Shown piece after piece: positions 28,088 to 32,000 of a DNA stretch of 32,000 nt; the first letter of the stretch is position 1, and each line of letters opens with the position of its first letter. Position numbers and translations under genes: made by a program. The stretch lies in NCBI RefSeq assembly GCF_000013905.1, contig NC_007969.1:870001-902000 (forward strand), read 5' to 3'. The notes beneath the pieces were generated by a model. The model made no database searches. It was not told the origin of the DNA and was given only the letters and a program-made list of their open reading frames with translations. Source of the DNA: Psychrobacter cryohalolentis K5 (GTDB lineage: Bacteria; Pseudomonadota; Gammaproteobacteria; Pseudomonadales; Moraxellaceae).

Positions 28088-29374
28088 ATGATGAGTCAAC
28101 CTCAAGCTTTAATTGCAGGTGCTAACGCACCGCTGCCAACGGATAATATTAGCATTCGTATTTTAAGCCAAAATGCCATCGACTGTGCGGCTTATCGCCT
28201 GACGACTGAAGGTAAAGTACGCGGCGATGGCGATATGATATTTTATGGGCAGACGCGTAGCGATGATGGTAGCGTGAGCTTTCGCGGTCATGACAGTGAT
28301 GGATTTTTTGATATCAATCTACCTGCACAGCCAGCAACTATTGAAAAGATTGCGTTAGCATTTTCTAGTGCGCAGACGTTGGCTCAAGTCGGTGATGTGG
28401 ATATTCAAGTACTACAAGGCAGTCAAGTGTTGATAACTTGCCAATTAAGTGCTGTTGGACGTAATGAAAAAGCTATCATCTTAGCTGAATGTTATCGTCG
28501 GCAGGGCAATTGGAAGTTCCGATTTATCGCTCAAGGTTTTGAAGGTGGCTTAAAACCTTTATCTGAGCATTTCGGTGTAGAGATTGCCGATGAAGCACCA
28601 GCTCAAAGCCCTATACAAAATCAGTCACAAGGGCAAGCTCAGCCTATTAATACGCAGCGACCAATCAATACGCAAAAAGCTAGTAGTGCGCCTCAGACAA
28701 CTACGCCACCGCCGATTCCTGCTGGCTCTACCAATCCTTCAATCAACCTAAGTAAAATTACTTTAACCAAAAATCAATCTAGTATCAATCTCAAGAAACG
28801 TGATGATTTTGGCAAAATATCGGTCAACCTAGACTGGAACCAACGTCCAGATGTCAGCAAGCAAGCACCCAAAAAAGGGCTGCTTGGCGATTTATTTAAG
28901 CAGCATAAAGCTGGTGGAATTGATCTCGATGTTGGTGCGATGATTCATCTGAAAAATGGTGAAAAAACGCTTATTCAAGCGTTGGGAAGTCGTTTTGGTA
29001 GCCTACAGTCAGCGCCATACGTTCTATTGCGTGCCGATGATAGAACAGGACAGGTAAGCGGCGGTGAATGGCTAGATATCAATGGGCAACAGTGGTCACA
29101 GATTGAAGAAGTATTTATCTTTGCTTTCATTTACGAAGGCGCACCAAATTGGGCGCAAACTGATGGGGTAGTGACTATTCATGTACCCGACCAGCCACCG
29201 ATTGAAACGCGTTTGACAGAAGGTACAGGTAACTTACCGATGTGCGCTATTGCGCGTCTGGTCAATCAGCAAGGCAGTATCAACGTTGAACGTATCAACC
29301 AATACTTTAAAGGACATCAAGAGATGGACAAAGCCTTTAATTGGGGCTTTAGCTGGAAACGTGGCAGTAAGTAG
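28088..29374 (+). CDS. Two-domain TerD-fold protein (TerA-like tellurite/stress-resistance family)
   Basis: N-domain: GKVRGDGDMIFYGQ..DGSVSF and ECYRRQGNWKFRFIAQGFEGGL match the TerD core. A Q/P-rich linker follows. C-domain: INLKK...ISVNLDWN, GGIDLDVGAM, ADDRTGQVSGGE are TerD Ca-site-like motifs. Confidence 0.85.
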   Translation: MMSQPQALIAGANAPLPTDNISIRILSQNAIDCAAYRLTTEGKVRGDGDMIFYGQTRSDDGSVSFRGHDSDGFFDINLPAQPATIEKIALAFSSAQTLAQVGDVDIQVLQGSQVLITCQLSAVGRNEKAIILAECYRRQGNWKFRFIAQGFEGGLKPLSEHFGVEIADEAPAQSPIQNQSQGQAQPINTQRPINTQKASSAPQTTTPPPIPAGSTNPSINLSKITLTKNQSSINLKKRDDFGKISVNLDWNQRPDVSKQAPKKGLLGDLFKQHKAGGIDLDVGAMIHLKNGEKTLIQALGSRFGSLQSAPYVLLRADDRTGQVSGGEWLDINGQQWSQIEEVFIFAFIYEGAPNWAQTDGVVTIHVPDQPPIETRLTEGTGNLPMCAIARLVNQQGSINVERINQYFKGHQEMDKAFNWGFSWKRGSK

Positions 29375-29410
29375 TCGTATGAGCTGACCTTGTCTTATTG
29401 CTGAAGTCTT

Positions 29411-29445
29411 AAACTAGTGATGGTTTGAAAAACCGTTACTAGTTT
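29411..29445 (+). terminator. Candidate terminator or structured element after the TerD-fold gene
   Basis: AAACTAGT..GGTTT-GAA-AAACC..ACTAGTTT hairpin, nested inside an outer 7-bp pairing TTGTCTT (29390-29396) / AAGACAA (29459-29465). The T-tract is weak. Confidence 0.35.
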
Positions 29446-29498
29446 AGTTATTGGCGCCAAGACAAAGCTGATATTCACCATCAAAATGAGATATTTCA

Positions 29499-31247
29499 AT
29501 GTGGGAAATATTATCGCAGATGCTATCAAGAATGAGTATCATCATTACGATTGCTTATTTAATCACTAGACTGCCTATATTTAGAAAAATGATTTCCCAG
29601 CGAGTCGGAATAGGTGGTTTATTTGTTTTGATAATAATATTTGGTATGTTTGGAGTCATTGGTAATTATACGGCGCTTGTTGTAGAGCCGGGTAACCAAA
29701 AAGTCATATCCAATATATGGAATCCTACACTTCAATCAAACAATGCAGTAGCGGATACAAGAAATATCGGTATCATCATCGGTGGCTTTTTTGGTGGTCC
29801 AATAGTTGGCATAGGTGCTTCAGTTATTGCCGGTGCCCATCGTTTGCTGATGGGTGGTTTTATCAGTGGAGCCACTTTCTGGGTATCTATCTTAGGTGGC
29901 TGCTTTGCAGGATGGTTTGGATATAAATGGCGCGGAATGGGTCTAATTAAGCCAAGATATATGTTTCTTACCAGCATTATCATTTTAACGATTCAAATTT
30001 TAGCTATTCCAGTCTTAACTACCGATCATACTACGGCACTCAAATTAATTGCTTTTACAGGCCCACCCATTATCATCATCAACAGTGTTGGTATATGGAT
30101 TTGTGCGATGATTTTTTATAATGTAGTAGTAGAAGAGGATAGAACAAGAGCAAGTCAAACGGTCAAAACATTTTCAATTGCTGATCAAACCTTCTCGTTA
30201 TTCCGATCGGGTCTCAATGAAAACTCAGCTAAAAAAAGTACAAAAATTATTAAAAAATTAACTGCTGTAGAGCATGTAGCGATTACTAGAGGTATTCGTG
30301 AATTAGCTTATACTGGAACATTGAATAATCAAAAGAGAAATGAAGAAGAAGACCTTGCATCACGTAAGCTGGCTTTATCAACGGGAAAATCAGTATTAAA
30401 TGAGCCAAAGTCAAAATGGCTGTTTTCAAAGAAATCAAATAGTAGAGCTTCTGTAGTAGTGCCATTTTGTGTTCAGAATAAAACGATTGGAACCATTACT
30501 TTTTATTATGCAAGCTCATTACATATTACTGTCGTTGAAAAAGAACTGATTGAAGGTTTAGGCAAGCTTTTCTCAAATCAATTAGAGCTTGGTGAGATTG
30601 AACGTCATAATCAACTATTACAAAACGCAAAAATTGAGGCGTTACAATCGCAAATTCAACCCCATTTTTTATTTAATGCATTAAATACCATTGTAGCTTT
30701 ATGTAGAATCGATCCAATGCTAGCGCGAGATTTATTGCTACACTTATCTACTTATTTGCGAAATAACTTGTCAGGCATTGCTGATTTTTTGGTACCGGTA
30801 TACAAGGAAATGGAGAATGTACAAGCTTATTTGGCCATTGAACAAGCTCGTTTTCCAGATAAGTTTGTAGTCAATATAGAAGTAGCTCCTGATTTGATTG
30901 AGTGTCTTATTCCTCCATTTATCATTCAGCCTTTGGTCGAGAACGCAATAAAGCACGGTGGATTTAAAAAGATAGAAGCTAAAGGTGCAGTTCATATCGA
31001 GATTAAAAAAATATCAGAACTCTTAATTTTGATTAAAGTTTCTGATAATGGGATTGGCGTTGAGCTAAATCGAATAGTAGATCTAGGGGAACGTGTTGTA
31101 AAATCCTCTAAAGATGGAAGTGGCACCGCGTTATTCAATATAAAAGAGCGACTTACGGCACTGTACAGCCAAGATGTACGCTTTAATATAGACAGTGATG
31201 TTGGCAAAGGGACTTGTGTGTCGATTATATTGCCGGTTAAAACTTAG
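29499..31247 (+). CDS. LytS/BtsS-type sensor histidine kinase (5TM-LYT, GAF-like, His_kinase, HATPase)
   Basis: N-terminal polytopic region with GGFFGGP and GG-rich helices. LQSQIQPHFLFNALN is the His-box of the LytS family. ENAIKHG is the N-box. DNGIG and GSGTAL form the ATP lid. Confidence 0.88.
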   Translation: MWEILSQMLSRMSIIITIAYLITRLPIFRKMISQRVGIGGLFVLIIIFGMFGVIGNYTALVVEPGNQKVISNIWNPTLQSNNAVADTRNIGIIIGGFFGGPIVGIGASVIAGAHRLLMGGFISGATFWVSILGGCFAGWFGYKWRGMGLIKPRYMFLTSIIILTIQILAIPVLTTDHTTALKLIAFTGPPIIIINSVGIWICAMIFYNVVVEEDRTRASQTVKTFSIADQTFSLFRSGLNENSAKKSTKIIKKLTAVEHVAITRGIRELAYTGTLNNQKRNEEEDLASRKLALSTGKSVLNEPKSKWLFSKKSNSRASVVVPFCVQNKTIGTITFYYASSLHITVVEKELIEGLGKLFSNQLELGEIERHNQLLQNAKIEALQSQIQPHFLFNALNTIVALCRIDPMLARDLLLHLSTYLRNNLSGIADFLVPVYKEMENVQAYLAIEQARFPDKFVVNIEVAPDLIECLIPPFIIQPLVENAIKHGGFKKIEAKGAVHIEIKKISELLILIKVSDNGIGVELNRIVDLGERVVKSSKDGSGTALFNIKERLTALYSQDVRFNIDSDVGKGTCVSIILPVKT

Positions 31248-31259
31248 GGAAGGGTTTGG

Positions 31260-32000
31260 ATGAATGTTTATGTTGTTGAAGACGAAGTGTTAGCTAGACA
31301 AGAGTTGATTTATCTTTTGAAAGACACAGGAAAAATTAACGTAGTTGGTGAAGCAGATGACATACATCAAGCTTTATGGGATATTAATGAAAAGCAGCCA
31401 GACGCAGTGTTCTTAGATATAGAGCTTGAAGGTGGCAATGGTCTTGAGCTGGCCAAGCAGTTTAGTAATATGAAGAAACCGCCTATGGTTGTGTTCGTCA
31501 CTGCTTATGATGAATATGCGTTGAACGCTTTTAAATTAGATGCGATAGATTACATAGTCAAACCAATTGATAGAGGCAGGCTGATAAAAGCAGTAGAGAA
31601 ATTAATAAAATTGGGTAGCGTGCCGAATTCAGAAAATCTCGTTAAACCTCTGCCTTTACCTTCAACCCATAATGACAAAAAGCATAGTATTACTGTAAAG
31701 CAAGCAGATCGAATCATAATTATTAATACTAAAGATATTTTATATATCGGTACTGAGAATCGGCAAGCTTATATTCAAACATTAGAGAAAAAATACCCAA
31801 CAGATACTTTGCTTTATAAGATGATGGATAAGCTCGGAGATAATTTTATTCAAGTACATAGAGGTTATATTGTAAATACCAAACAGATAGCGGCCTTAGA
31901 ACCTTGGTTCAATCGAACCTATTTGATTATATTAAAAGATGGTTCTAAAATTGCAGTAAGTCGCTCTTATGTCAAAGCAGTCAAACAAGTGCTTGGATTG
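31260..32000 (+). CDS. LytTR-family response regulator; no stop codon before the window edge at codon 247
   Basis: My own translation, as it is not in the track. MNVYVVEDEVLARQEL...DAVFLDIELEGGNG...DYIVKP is the receiver domain. QVHRGYIVN...AVSRSYVKAVKQVLGL is the LytTR DNA-binding domain. Starts 13 nt after the kinase stop. Confidence 0.85.
   Translation, partial: MNVYVVEDEVLARQELIYLLKDTGKINVVGEADDIHQALWDINEKQPDAVFLDIELEGGNGLELAKQFSNMKKPPMVVFVTAYDEYALNAFKLDAIDYIVKPIDRGRLIKAVEKLIKLGSVPNSENLVKPLPLPSTHNDKKHSITVKQADRIIIINTKDILYIGTENRQAYIQTLEKKYPTDTLLYKMMDKLGDNFIQVHRGYIVNTKQIAALEPWFNRTYLIILKDGSKIAVSRSYVKAVKQVLGL

Noticed and set aside
487-31207. About 35 short track ORFs (60-136 aa) lying inside or antisense to longer genes, for example 487..753, 1469..1651, 5804..6034, 7905..8093, 9158..9412, 12511..12699, 13875..14171, 19880..20188, 20434..20679, 23066..23263, 25117..25320, 26768..27019, 29732..29983 and 30992..31207.
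   Set aside because: Each is fully overlapped by a gene with strong family-level support on the other strand or frame. Their translations are low-complexity or Cys/Ser/Arg-rich in the way shadow ORFs usually are, and none has a recognisable motif or RBS.
1-32000. A scan for CRISPR arrays, tRNA or rRNA genes, toxin-antitoxin pairs, and integrase or att-type island borders.
   Set aside because: No regularly spaced direct repeats were found and no cloverleaf-like or rRNA-like segments were noticed in the intergenic regions. There are no small paired ORFs, and the only recombinase is the IS3 transposase. Visual scanning cannot exclude short or degenerate elements.

Overview
Chromosomal window from an AT-leaning gammaproteobacterium. 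Gene content and lipoprotein-type binding proteins look Moraxellaceae/Psychrobacter-like, but the taxon is only a guess. Positions 1-14.5 kb are mostly housekeeping or ordinary accessory genes: an orphan lipoprotein, a TAXI-type TRAP transporter operon (binding protein, DUF1850-like, fused permease), lipA, a CMD-family protein, acnB, a PACE-family efflux gene, a crotonase and an alpha/beta hydrolase. An intact IS3-family element with a clear -1 frameshift signal sits just after acnB. Positions 14.5-29.4 kb hold the most interesting content. They carry the parts of a Ter-associated biosynthetic module predicted from comparative genomics to make an unknown nucleoside-like metabolite: a TerD-fold protein, an ATP-grasp ligase, two phosphoribosyltransferase-like proteins, a HAD phosphatase and a CitE/HpcH-like C-C lyase. 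The module lacks terZABCEF, TerB and TerC in this window, carries an AT-rich small membrane ORF, and is split into two halves by a complete, E. coli-like dppABCDF operon. The window ends with an AT-rich LytS-type kinase and LytTR regulator pair. I also saw a small family of intergenic palindromic repeats. No rRNA, tRNA or CRISPR array was seen. All calls come from reading the ORF translations and sequence by eye; no searches were run.
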